Positions 35,862 to 48,413 of a stretch of DNA of 64,000 nucleotides are shown here, piece by piece. The first letter of the stretch is position 1. Each line of letters opens with the position of its first letter. The stretch is from Octopus vulgaris (lineage: Eukaryota): contig OX597815.1 in NCBI GenBank assembly GCA_951406725.2, positions 138,012,001 through 138,076,000 on the forward strand, read 5' to 3'. A program made the translations under genes and the position numbers. The notes under the pieces are model-generated. The model was given only the letters and a program-made list of their open reading frames with translations. It ran no database searches and had not been told where the DNA came from.

Positions 35862-37924
35862 CTATTTGAATCTAGAAAAGGTGAACGGTAGCCTATGAAT
35901 GCAAAAGAAGTTTTTTTCATTAATGTTGTTAATAATTTGCCGACCCGCTTTAATAATGAAAAAAATTTCATTAATACATAGAGAGCATTTTTTATTTTTT
36001 CCATTATACACAGGTGCTGAAGTTAGTATTTTCCAGTTTAATCTAAAATCTAAGTTCTTACTTTTAAGTTCCCAAATGTATGCACTTAGCCCTGTAGAGT
36101 ACATTCTATTTTTATTTCTAAAAGTATATCTGTGATAATTCAATCTTTGTTTTATGCTATTCATAGTTGCCCCGATATACACCCTACTACTCAATTGTGT
36201 ATCTACAGTGCATTGGTAAACTACCTCCTTCCTGAGGCATTGATTACCAAATACACATTTATTTTTGTTTCTGCAATTACAAAGATTAACAGAATGAGGA
36301 AATCTAAGATTGGTCTCCACCCCTATACTACCATTCACATTATAAGTGTTACAATTGTTATCATCATCCACACCCAAAATCAACGAATGAGTTAATTTCA
36401 CATTGTCGGCTATATTCCTATCACTAGTACTAGTATTGGTAGTAGTAGTATGATCTATTACATTTATATTATCTCTGACAGGTACGGTGCACTCATTATT
36501 AGTAAGGGGGTTGTTCACATTCGTTCCAAGAAAGTTTCTGTTCCTATTATTATTAAAGAGGGGCAAATTTCCCTGGTCTAAATTCAATTTTCTATCCTTA
36601 TAGAAGTGATCCAGTTTCCTGTTATTAAAAGAGGAGATAATGGTGGCTAGATTATGAGTAATGCTATATCCCACTCTAACAGTACCGTTGTTAATTAAAG
36701 GACTAAATTTATTCTTATCCTTACCAAAATGCCTAAATATAACATTATGCAAAGCTCTCACTATGTTTGTTTTAATCTGCATTGCATATGGGATAATCAA
36801 CCATAGTGTATCCTTATCAGAATTAGGATTGCCTATAGAATTATTGTTATTTGTAAAAATCCTATTCCTAGACCAACCCATAGGATTACTATTCTTACCA
36901 CTGTCATTGTTATATCTATCTATATCAATATTCCCATGGTTATTGTGCAAGTAAACTTTACCATTATCATGTCTACCATAAGTTTTAATTTGTATATTAT
37001 TATTAATATTACCACTATTACCCGTATGCTCAGATCTATTTGAGCTACCGTTCACCTTTCCGAGGTTAACATCACTTCTACATTTATTATAGGTGTTATC
37101 ATATATTCTATTTTTACTATTCTTATGTATATTGTTGTTTATCCTAAATCTATTGGTGTTGTTCCTGATAGTTCTACCTCCATTAGGAGGGTTCCCCTTA
37201 GGTATAAACCATATCTTACTTTTGTATCCTGCCTTAAGCAATGCTGCATTGTATCTATCACAATGCTTGTTAAAAATTTCCTCGTTAGAGGATAAACTAG
37301 AAATTCTCTGACTAATGCTACGCACTAGTGCATTTTTAATTTGAGGGGGTGATTACTTGAACGGTTAATATATATTAGGTTAGAATTAGGTTTAATATAG
37401 GGTTCATGTAAACCATTAGTAATGTTACAATTAACATCTAAATAATTAGCAGAATAATTTTCACTTTCAAGGATAATGGATAGGCCGAAACTTTTAAAAA
37501 ATTTATTTATTCTTTTTTTCAGAAGATCTAATCTCCTATTTGATGTATTCTTAACACAAAATAAGGCGTCATCCCTGTATAGTCCACCTTTTAATTCAGG
37601 GAATTCCCTACTAAAGTTATCTAATAGATACATCCCAACTAGATCAGTCACCTCCGCCGAGTCCGGCGATCCCATTGTGATATCGAACAAGTTGGGTGTG
37701 TCCTTTCTAGCCCAAAGTTTATTATCAAACTCTATTAAAGTTTTCCTGGCTGTTAGTATAACCTTAATCTCCCCCATACTTAATTTAGTGTGTTTTCTAG
37801 CAAAAATTAAGGACTTATTTAATATAATAGGGTTAATGGAAGTGTAATAATTCTGTATATCAAATTGTATAAATTTATTTCTATTATAGCTAAAGTTGTT
37901 ACTGTCACAGACCTTAATGGCAGA
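35862..37924 (-). pseudogene. PLE reverse transcriptase / GIY-YIG endonuclease ORF (5'-truncated, one frameshift)
   Basis: FIQFDIQNYYTSI (motif A), ITMGSPDSAEVTDLVG (B), GLYRDD (C), NYLDV, SNHP; then CNCRNKNKCVFGNQC, VVY...VYIG..., CSLCINE; frameshift at the C run 37345-37349. Confidence 0.9.
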
Positions 37925-37925
37925 A

Positions 37926-38378
37926 ATCCTTGTTAATGCCTCATTTATACCTGCCTTTATGGCTTATAGGTTAAATGAGGTATGACTGCCCTCACTGCCG
38001 AAACAGCTGTCAGTTTTGATTTAATTGCATATTATATTTGAAATTTTTTACTTATATCTCTTTATCTTTTTACTATTACTGTATATCTCATTTTGTATAA
38101 TGCCTTTACTCATATGTAATGGTGTATTAAAGTATTGATTGGGTATCATCGGATAGTTGATGTTTTATTGATTTAAGTATGTTTCTCCATTCTCTAATTT
38201 TGTAGTATTAATTTACGGTAATATTATTACCTTTACCCATATAATACAATAGATGAACTGATTGTTTGACAATTTTTAACATCTATGTATTAATCTTGTT
38301 GGGTACCTATCTGGCAGTATATTGGATATATATTATCCCATGGTGGGTTGAATTTTCAACCCCTATCTCATTTTATAA

Positions 38379-38380
<2 letters not shown>
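37926..38380 (+). repeat. Inverted partial pseudo-LTR plus about 170-bp tail extension
   Basis: Matches the reverse complement of 30491-30773 with one substitution noticed; lacks the CTGAAGA half of the hammerhead; continues as unique sequence to (TA)n at 38381. Confidence 0.85.
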
Positions 38381-38418
<38 letters not shown>

Positions 38419-38425
38419 TATAGAT

Positions 38426-38474
<49 letters not shown>

Positions 38475-39055
38475 GATAGATACAGTAAATATATATGTGT
38501 GTGTGTATACCACACTATATCATCATTGTCATCTTAATGTCTACTTTTCCATCCTTGCTTTGGTCAGGAAGATTTTCTGTTGAGGCAAATTTCCTATAGC
38601 TAGATGCATTTCCTGTCACCAAACTTCACTTGTTTCCAAGCAAGGTGATATTTCCTCAAGTCCTGATATATTGTCACAGAGGATTGGAAGCAAACGATGC
38701 CACTTGTGTGGTGACACTTGTTTACAACTTTCACAATGTCAAAACAAGGAGAGAGAGACACACACACACACACACACACATGTGATGGGGTTTTTTTTTC
38801 AGTTTCCATCTACCAAATCCATTCTCAAGGTTTTGGTTGGTCTGGGGTTAGAGTAGATGATATCTGTCTAAGCTGGTGTGTTGTGGGACTGAATCTGAAA
38901 CTATGTAAGCAAACTTCTTAATCACAAAATTTCTTTGCAGTTCTTTTATCATTATGTATGTTTTAAACTCATTGAAGTTAGGAGAGAAAAATGTATATGA
39001 ATAGAAAAACCAGTAAAATAAATCTCTGTATTGATTTCTTCTTTCTGTTTCTCAG

Positions 39056-39195
39056 AATACGAGTGGTAACCTATAACATCCTGGCGGACCTTTACTCGGA
39101 TTCAGACTTCAGTAGGGAACAACTGTATCCCTATTGCCCTGCCTATGCTCTCAATATTCATTACAGAACTCCACTCCTATTAAAGGAAATCACAG
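39056..39195 (+). CDS. PDE12: PDE12 coding exon 2
   Basis: Acceptor tttctgtttctcag; IRVVTYNILADLYSDSDFSREQLYPYCP...YRTPLLLKEIT (EEP 'YNILA' motif); donor G|GTAAAC, phase 1. Confidence 0.95.
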
Positions 39196-39761
39196 GTAAA
39201 CTGAATATATCTATTGATTCAGGAACTGATGATAAAAATTAATCTTAAGCTTCAGTAAGCTCTCTTCTTTACCTTTGTATTGATGTCCTGCCAAATTTTC
39301 TATTATTATTGTTCTGATAAAAAAAAAAATTCTCTTTCAACTATTAAATACTACATGGAGATGGAAGTTTATTGATCTTTATAGAATTAATCAGATCTAT
39401 TTTTTGACATTGTTGCTTTACTGAGTAAATTAGAAATAACATATTTATTCATTTGAATTTTTCTTTAGGACATGACATATAAAAAAAGTGTATAGTCAGA
39501 TTTATTATGATTGCTGTCTAATAGACATTGAAGAAGTTCATTTATCTTTAAAACTATATGCAAATTTGAATATGACCTTTGAGCTTTTCTGCTGTAGGTT
39601 GTAAATGTGTATCTGGTGTAAAGTCAACCAGTGAAAAATTCACCAGCACAAAAGCATACTTAGAAGCATTTGAGATATATTTTTGATGAAATATTTTCAT
39701 TATCAAATACTTACATCTTTACAAAAGAAATATATATATATATATATATATCAATATATAT

Positions 39762-40002
39762 ACCGGAGTAAGCACATAAATGCGAAACAAGGTGGAAAAA
39801 AAAGTACTCAAATACCAGAGATAGAATAATATGCTTTATTTAAAAGCAGCAGAAATATAACAAAAGCTGTTATTCAGAGTTTCACGTTCCTGTTCGTCAG
39901 ACAGTTTTGTTATTTCTGTTCCATTTTAACAAAACTGTCTGGCAAACAGGAACATAAAACACCGAGTAACAGCTTTTGTTATATTTCTGCTGCTTTTAAA
40001 TA
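39762..40002. mobile_element. Short palindromic hammerhead-bearing insertion between two (TA)n tracts
   Basis: Arms 39837-39912 and 39927-40002; minus arm ctgt-CTGACGA-ac-aggaac-gt-GAAA-ctctgaa-TA-acag; plus arm core decayed. Confidence 0.7.
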
Positions 40003-40003
40003 T

Positions 40004-40041
<38 letters not shown>

Positions 40042-40057
40042 ATATAATATATAATGA

Positions 40058-41488
40058 AATTATTGTATACAGTGCTCAGGTGCACCACAACTTGTCAGAA
40101 AGTGCATATAAAGTACATGCAGTAATGTAGAAATGTCTGGAAAGCGAACAATGTATGAGTCAGATACATGCTTGTGTGTGTATGGAGGGGAGAAAATCAA
40201 GTGTAGTGTTGGCGAATCTCAGGAAGCATGGAAGTTTTGAAGGATGCAGTGCTCCGACAACTAACAACTGATGCCGGCAGTTTGTTCCATGCTTCAGCAA
40301 CTCTCAGCGTGAAAAAATGTTTCCTGAAGTCATGGGAGCTGTGCTGTTTTCTGACTTTGTAAATATGTCCACGGGTGTTAGATGGGTGGAGTTTGAAAAG
40401 GTGCTCAGAGTTGTTGTTTGTACGATGGTTGATAATTTTATGGGTGTCTGCCAAGTCAGCTGCCAGACGTCGAAGTTTCAATGTGTCCATGCCCAGGGAA
40501 GTAAGGCGTTCAGGATATGGCAAATGCCTGATGGAGGGTATTCTTTTGGTTGCACGTCGCTGAACAGCTTCCAGATGATTGATATCCTGGGCAAGATCGG
40601 GGTTCCAGACCGGTGATGCAAATTCCAGGTGAGGTCTTACCATAGCTATATAAAGCCGCAGATAGATAGCCGGAGAGCGGCTCACAAAAGATTTGGTAAG
40701 TGATGCCAAGACACCCTCAGCCTTCTTGACAATTTTAGCGATGTGTTTTGTCCAACGCAAATCACTGTCGACAATAACACCCAGGTCACGTTCACATGAA
40801 GACTTTTTGGGACTAGTGTTGTGGAGGGAGTAGGTGGACGCTGGGTTTCTCCTCCCAAAATGCATGGTGGTACATTTGTCCACAGCCAGCTTGAGTTGCC
40901 AGTCCATGATCCACTGCTGCATTGTGTCCAGGTCTGCTTGCAATAGAGATCTATAGTGTACAGGATTTGACCTCTTTATTTCGAGGTACAGCTTGATGTC
41001 ATCTGCATATTTCAGCACTGTGGCATTCTTTAAGTTGGCATCTATGTCATTAACATATGCAACAAATAAAAGGGGGCCAAGAACAGATCCCTGTGGTACA
41101 CCAGATGTCATCTCATAGGGCGAAGAGTGCTGTCCTAGAACTGTGATAACCTCTTTTCGGTTGAAAATAAAGGACTTCAACCAGTTGTAGAGTTTGTCTC
41201 TTACACCCAACGCAGAAAGCTTCACCATAAGTCTTTTGTAAGGCACAGAGTTAAAAGCCTTAGCAAAGTCCAGATAAACAACATCCACCCAGGATCCGCG
41301 ATCAGTGATTTGGGTAACGTCCTCAAGAAACTCGATGAGTTGATTACAGCAGCTGGAGTTAGGAATAAATCCGAATTGTGACGGCTGGATGAGGCTGTGA
41401 GACTTCCAGAAGTTCCAGAGGGTTTCTCTGATACAGGATTCCATCAGTTTGGCGATGCAGCTAGTAAGACTGACGGGGCGATAGTTGA
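40058..41488 (-). mobile_element. 5'-truncated CR1-type LINE with uninterrupted RT ORF
   Basis: NYRPVSLTS, QFGF, YLDFAKAFNSV, GVPQGSVLGPLLF, YADD, ERDLGV, VRPHLEFASPVW; ORF 40197..41444 is open; 3' UTR follows. Confidence 0.95.
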
Positions 41489-42217
41489 CATATATATATA
41501 TATGGTGACAGTTTATTATAATGTTTATAGTATTTAAAGAACAGAAGTATTTAAAAAAAAAATATATTCATGTTTTAATCATAATAATATATTTATATCA
41601 TTCTTATTGGCTATTTATTAATTTAATCTTCATATTTAATAATTCAGATAATATTTTTGACAATGAAAATTTTAAATTTTAGTCTTCCATACTGAAGGCT
41701 GACAGCAGAATTCCATGGGATGTGTCAGCCTGTTGCGCTATATATTTAATATATTATCATTACTATAGAAAAGCGTAAAATTATTAAATTCCTCTTAAGC
41801 TCTACATTGTACATCAGGTAATAGATACAAATACATGCTGGTTATGTCATCCTAAATATGGTGATTACATTTAACTGGGAAATAATGGGTAGCATTTAGT
41901 TATTGTGGGAAATATGCACCCCTAATAATTAGACTTAAAAATTTAGAGAAAAAAGTGCAGATTATTCTTGAAAAAATATATCAAAATGAACAAAAATAAA
42001 TTCAATCTTCTCACTTATATTTTGTTTCTCTTTCTAATGTCTATTAAAGGGACTAGCTTTGAAATGTTACCAAAACAGAAAAATATTTTACTTTGAATTA
42101 GCTAACATTTTATATATTACAAGATGTTTGCATAGCATTGTCTTAATTTCATGAATGAAGATAATGCTTATTAATTCTCTCAGTTTTATGATAGTCTGCA
42201 ATATTATTTCCTTCCAG

Positions 42218-42380
42218 GTTACAATGCTGATCTTATTTGTCTTCAAGAAGTGGACAAAAAAGTATTTGAGCATGATTTGTTACCAGATCTGTCTTTGTCT
42301 GGTTTTGAAGGTCTTCTCTGTTTAAAAGCTGGTCAAGTACCTGAGGGTAGTGCAACATTCTTTAACAAATCAAAGTTCAA
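42218..42380 (+). CDS. PDE12: PDE12 coding exon 3
   Basis: Acceptor ttccttccag; GYNADLICLQEVD...EGSATFFNKSKF (metal-binding 'LQEV'); donor AA|GTAAGT, phase 2. Confidence 0.95.
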
Positions 42381-43005
42381 GTAAGTTTTAATATTTTCTC
42401 TTTTAATGAAATATAAGGACTATTTCAGATCTCACACACAGCACTCACTTTATCAACACTTTTCAAACAACATGAAAATCTACTCCTTTTTCATACTGGC
42501 TGACTCTTTGGTGTTTTAACTCATTCTGTATGGTAATCTATTTTAGCAAGTACAGTTCAAAGTGTAAATTGTATGATGTAGGTGTCAAAAGTTTTGTATG
42601 TATTGCAGTAAAATATTTTCAATAAAGTAAGGAAACCTGACTAGATAAAAACAATCAAAGCATGATTAAATGAAGATGATCTTGAGGAAAAAATTATAAA
42701 AGTGTCCTTAATATTAGAAGCATTGGTCATAATGTTATCCTTTGTCTCTAGCCTCTTAGAATTCTTGCAAAAATAGAAGGAACACTTTTATTGGACAATT
42801 GGTTAATAATCCCCCTCTCTTCACTTTTTGTGTACATTCTGTATAATTGATTAACCTCATCTAATCCTTTATGAAGCTAGAATTCTTTCCTCAACTTTTA
42901 TCACTACTACAATGATCACTGCTTCTATAAACTTTGTTCTACTCTACACAAGACATTTAAATATATCTATCATGTCTCCCATAGGCTGACAACATTTACT
43001 TCATT

Positions 43006-43410
43006 CATCATCATCATCATTTAACGTCCGTTTTCCATGCTAGCATGGGTTGGATGGTTTGACCAGGGTCTGGGAAGCCAGGAGACTGCACCAGGCAGTG
43101 TTTCTACAGCTGGATTCCCTTCCTAACGCCAACCACTCCATGAGTGTAGTGAGTGCTTTTTATGTGCTACCAGCACAGGGACCAGAGGAAGCTGGCAAAC
43201 GGCCAAGATCGGTTGGTGCCTCTACGTGTCACCGACATGGACGCCAGTCAGGTGACGCTGGCATCTGCCACATTCAGAGGGTGCTTTTAACATGTCACTG
43301 GCACGGGAATCTTAACTACAATTTCCATTTGATTTTCATTTTGATGTTGGTGTTAACGTACTTGACTTAATGGGTCTCCTCAAGAACAGTGGCTCACTCT
43401 ACGATCCAAG
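43006..43410 (-). mobile_element. (GAT)n-tailed SINE
   Basis: catcatcatcatttaacgtccg...ccatgctagcatggg family. Confidence 0.8.
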
Positions 43411-44825
43411 TGAAAATAAATATTTGGTTTAAGAAGTAAATCCCTGCTGTGCTAACCTTGGATTTACTTCTTAAACCAAATATTTATTTTCACTTTAATA
43501 ACTGCATATTTGCTAGATTATTTTTCTTTTCCTACCTTTTCTTTGAATGTCAACCTGTAATAATTGCAACAGTCAAAAAAACAGTTTGACTAATTAGTCT
43601 GTCCTTGTCCATCTAGGTTAACAACTATGCTTTTCTTCATATCTATGGAAGCATATTAGAGTATGTTTGTATAAGAAAATAAAAGTTTTCTTCTTTGTAA
43701 AAATGTTTTTATATAAATTTCATATGTTTCTATTAAACATTCATATGTTTTTTTCATAATCCCACTTCAAACTTATTAAACTCTTTATCATATAAGCTAT
43801 TGAGATCCTTCCATAGTCACTAAATCTACCAGGAATATGAAGCCAAATCTCTTCCAAATCAAGCCATGCTATCATATGAAAAGGATGGACACTTTAGATA
43901 ATGTAATACAGGAAACAGTGTGTATGAATAAGACAGGATAATAACTGTTGGATCATCTTTTGTAATAGGACTGCTTGATCTGATTTTAGCTGGGGCTATA
44001 CAACATTTATCCAGCTTATAAAAGTTTTATCTATTTTTATCTCCCATGATACAACAAATGCCCTAATTTTTAGGCAATAACAATTCTCCTGCTTTAAACA
44101 CTATGACTGAAATAATTTATCCTTATTATTTTAAGAAAATAACATACAATTATGTATCCCAAATAGATAAAGGACAATTTCCTTTGCTGTCTCAAGTAAT
44201 TTGAGCCATTTACTCTTCTTAACATGCAACTAATATGGATCACAAAACTGTGTTTACTTCTTTATCTGCCTTTTACAAAACAAAAAAAAAAGTCTTGACT
44301 TTACTAAAACTGCTTTTGCTAAAAAGACTTATACACTTTGGTTAGATTACTTTTGTCCTTAGAACAAATATTAATCCTCTGAACTAAAGTAGTCATGAGA
44401 TTGCAATATAAGTTCCTGCTAGTCTTTTATAAAAGCTCACCTCACACATGTTTCATAAAATTGATATCACTAATGTCTGTGTGGTTGAATATGTAAATAG
44501 TAAAACAATTGAGTCTTACCTTGGTTACGGTTACCTTTATTCAGGGGCATGAAGGAAAATATTCACTTGCTCTTAATTCCTTCCACTGCCAGTTGGAGAT
44601 ATTAAATTTGAATAATCACCAGAACAATGTAAACAGGCTCTACTGATCTTCTCAATCCTAGACATACTCCCCTGGCTCTTCTGATGTAACTTGTATTTTT
44701 TGCCAGCCTGTGCTCTACATTGCTTATCATATTACTGTCTGTTAAATATATTTAATCAATGTTTGGAAACACATTTCACTAAAATTTTATGCCTTAATTT
44801 CTCAAAAATCTTTGGTACATTTCAG

Positions 44826-44958
44826 ATTGGTTGATAAACACGATATAGTCCTGTCTGAAATTATTGAGTCTGACAGCAGGTTTAAAGATATACTGAATTT
44901 GTTGGAATGTAATGAACAATTAATGCACAAAGTTTTACAGAAGCAAACTATCCAACAG
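44826..44958 (+). CDS. PDE12: PDE12 coding exon 4
   Basis: Acceptor catttcag; LVDKHDIVLSEIIESDSRFKDILNLLECNEQLMHKVLQKQTIQQ; donor CAG|GTATGA, phase 0; phases fit both neighbours. Confidence 0.85.
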
Positions 44959-47900
44959 GTATGACATTTTTTTGTACTATTAATTTCATCATGAAAGATC
45001 TGAAAATTTCTAATTATTTACACCTGTACTATATTTTGATTGATTTTGGTCTTATACTTTGAATAAGACACTTGATGCTGATCAGAGATCAAAATGATGG
45101 ATACATAATGTGGAGGTAAATATTAAAATACTTTTCAATTCTAAAGATGAGATTAATAAGTCTCTAAAATTATAATCTTAAGAAAAATTTATCGAATTAT
45201 TTAGACAGTTAAGATATTTTTACTTTTATTACTTTGATTCTTAAATTTTGTCTTAAGGCAATAAAGTCTGCCAGATGTTCTGACATAACACTGATTAATA
45301 TGATGAGAAAGTTGCCTGTATAGTTTGTAGTTAAACATTATTGTTCCCAACCAACAAAGACTTTTGGAATTTTTATTTTTGGATATTAATTTAAAGAAAT
45401 AGGTGAATGAGTTGCTTGTATTTAATGGTTGGTATGTTGGCAGAATTGTTTCAGCATCAAACAAAATCCATTGTAATCTTTCTTCAAGTACTCTGAGTTC
45501 AAATTTCTTCTAGTTCTCTACATTCTGAGTTCAAATTCCACCAAGGTTGACTTTGACTCGCATCCTTTTGAGGTCACTAAAACAAAACACTAATCACATA
45601 CTGGGGTCAATGGTACTGACTAATTCCCTCCTCTCAAAATGTAGGACCTTGTACCTATTTTAGAAACAATGACTTAGAACATTTTTTCAAAATTAAATTG
45701 AATATAAGTTTTAACATATTAACCACAGGGATTCATTCAGCCTTGTTTCTACTGATGTTTTAATTTCTGTGTCTCCAGGACGGCATTGTCTGAATAATTC
45801 CTCTTACCTCATTCATAGTCGTAAGTTATAAATTCAAATCCACTGTATACATTTTATTGTGTTTTTTTAGCAGAATACTTTCCTCTACATTGTCTGTTAG
45901 CTTTTGGAAGAAGGTACTGAATGAATCATCTGAAAGACCTTCAGAAGCATTTACACTTATCACTTCCCTTCTGGGATTTAGTATTTTCACATCTGACTTT
46001 CTTATGTCTTTCTCACCTAGCAATCATTTTTTTTTTTGCATCCTTAGAGTAGTGTCTCATGAATGTAACAACCCATGCTAGCATGGAAAGTGGACATTAA
46101 ACGATGATGATGATGATGATAATGATGAATGTGCTATTATTAATGTCCAGGCACTCTTGTATCTCTTTACTCTGATTCACATTCATTACCTATTACCTAC
46201 CACTACACAGCATCATGCTTCAATGTAGTTGCTAGAAATAGCAGACAAATCTCTCAAGTCTTACTCCTACTGTCTTAAAAAGTGGAAGGTGCACACATTG
46301 GATAATGTAGTCGTAAATACAATGTGAATGAAAAATGAAGGTGAGATAGTCATAGCTGAAATGTCTCTGGTCATGCACTTGCTTGGTTAGAGCTGATGTG
46401 AAGCTAAACAACAAGAACTTCAACTTTTACACATAGTCTATTTTTGTTGCCTTTTGTTGCCAGCAGAAGCAAAAGCTCCTTGAAATTCTTCTACCCCTTC
46501 CTTATTATTTGCTCACTACAGAGATTATCTAACAGAAACTATTAACTGTCTAGTGAGAATGTAAGCTATCCAAGGTAATTATTTCATGGTAGTTTCTAAT
46601 TATTGTACATCAAATATCCTCATTTTCAGCCAGTCTACTTTTTCTATGCTCATTTCTTGCTCTGAGTGGTAATCTCCTACATATCAAATAAGGTCATTTC
46701 CCAGATGGCACTGCAATTTTGTGTTATTTATTAATAATTAGAACTGTGGTCAATATGGTTTTGATTCTCAATGCTTTATTCCCTACTAAGTAGCCAGTTT
46801 AAAATGTTTTGTTTAGCTCTGTTTCTTCTCTGAAAACTTAGATCTTCAGCATATAAAGGCTTTCAAGGACAACCAGTCCTGCAATCTGATGCTTTTATTT
46901 GATTGTAGTTAAAAACACAGCCCCAGTGAACACTTACCTATCTGTTCACTAAATTCTTCATTGAACTTGTTGCACTCTTGTACATGGTTTGACCAACTCT
47001 TACACAAGTCATTCTTTTACACTTAGTACTCACAAGGCCTCTGGGTGTCAGCCTAGTAGAGTTATCTGTTCTTCTTTAATAATTCAGTTGGTTCAGAAGA
47101 ATTATGGTATATGCTCATGCATAAAACTGGTTGTTATGCTTTTGAACCACGTGGGAAATTGTGCTAACTATAAATAGTTTCCATGATGTTATGTTTTATA
47201 AATAGCTTTCATAGTATAATTGTCTTTTCTGAACTAGTAAAGAAATATAAAAAAGACAGGCTTGGAAAGATTGGAAGAAAGTGGGCATCAGAGAGCGATA
47301 CTAAGAAGCTAGATGTCTGGTATACTTTGCTGGATGGGAAGCAGAAAATAAGGAGTTCACATATGTTTTGTGATGTGAGACCTGAAATGTTTCAGATTGC
47401 AAGACACTGTACCATTGAATTATAACTGAGGAGAAGCACATACAAATGGATAACAGCACACTTGCTTTCTTTCTCCTTTCATAAGGCCTAAGTAATTATG
47501 CCTCCCATCACATAGTGTGGGAGGTGCTGCTTTGGATTTGGGAGGGGCTGCTTTATTCTCCTGTACTGCTAACCATTACTTACTCTCCCTGACATCATTC
47601 TGTTATTGATATCTATCAATCTCTTGCCGTCACCAACTTGACCACTTTCTCTCACCAACTAACTTGTTATTGACAATCGTTACTCTCTTACCACTGACCA
47701 TTTGTATGGCTGTCCACCTCTCCCTCTCTTCCACCTGCAAAGTTGTAGCTGCTGTTGGTGTCTCTCCCCCATTACTGTCTCTTTTCCATTACTCCTTGCC
47801 ATTGCTCCTTGTAGTACATTTTTTCCCACACTGTCACTCCAATTAGACTGTTTCCTTGTCATATTATCACTTCTTTCTTCCTTTCACCTTAGTTTATCTT

Positions 47901-48352
47901 CTGCAATCACCCTTTCTCCAGCTCACTCTGTGATCGTTTCTCCCTCTCATTTCAATCATCACAATCACTTACTTTCTCTCCATCACACTCTCACTTCTGT
48001 CTTTCTTTCATTCTACTATTGGTTCCATAATAAAATGCACCCAGTACACTCTATAAAGAGGTTAGTGTTAGGAGGACATCCAACCACAGAAAACATACCA
48101 AAAAAAAAAAAAATACAAGAGAAATGTGTTCCTCTTCCTGGCCCATTGGGAGATGAGAGTGGGAGTAATTTCAAATAAGAACTGCCTTGAATCATGACAA
48201 CCCATTCAACACATGCCTGCATGGAAAGTAGATGTAAAACAATGATGATGTTATTTTTTCATTTATTCTTTATTGAGAGTTATATCATTTGGCAGTTAGC
48301 AAGAACTTTTAAACCTTTTGTCGTCGTCGTCCACCTCCTCCTCCTCCTCCAC

Positions 48353-48413
<61 letters not shown>

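Larger units (their letters stand above)
30491..38380 (-). mobile_element. Penelope-like retroelement, 5'-truncated, with inverted pseudo-LTR, inserted in (TA)n
   Basis: RT plus C-terminal GIY-YIG ORF; 30491-30773 is the reverse complement of 37926-38208; hammerhead in the pLTR; (TA)n on both flanks. Confidence 0.9.
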
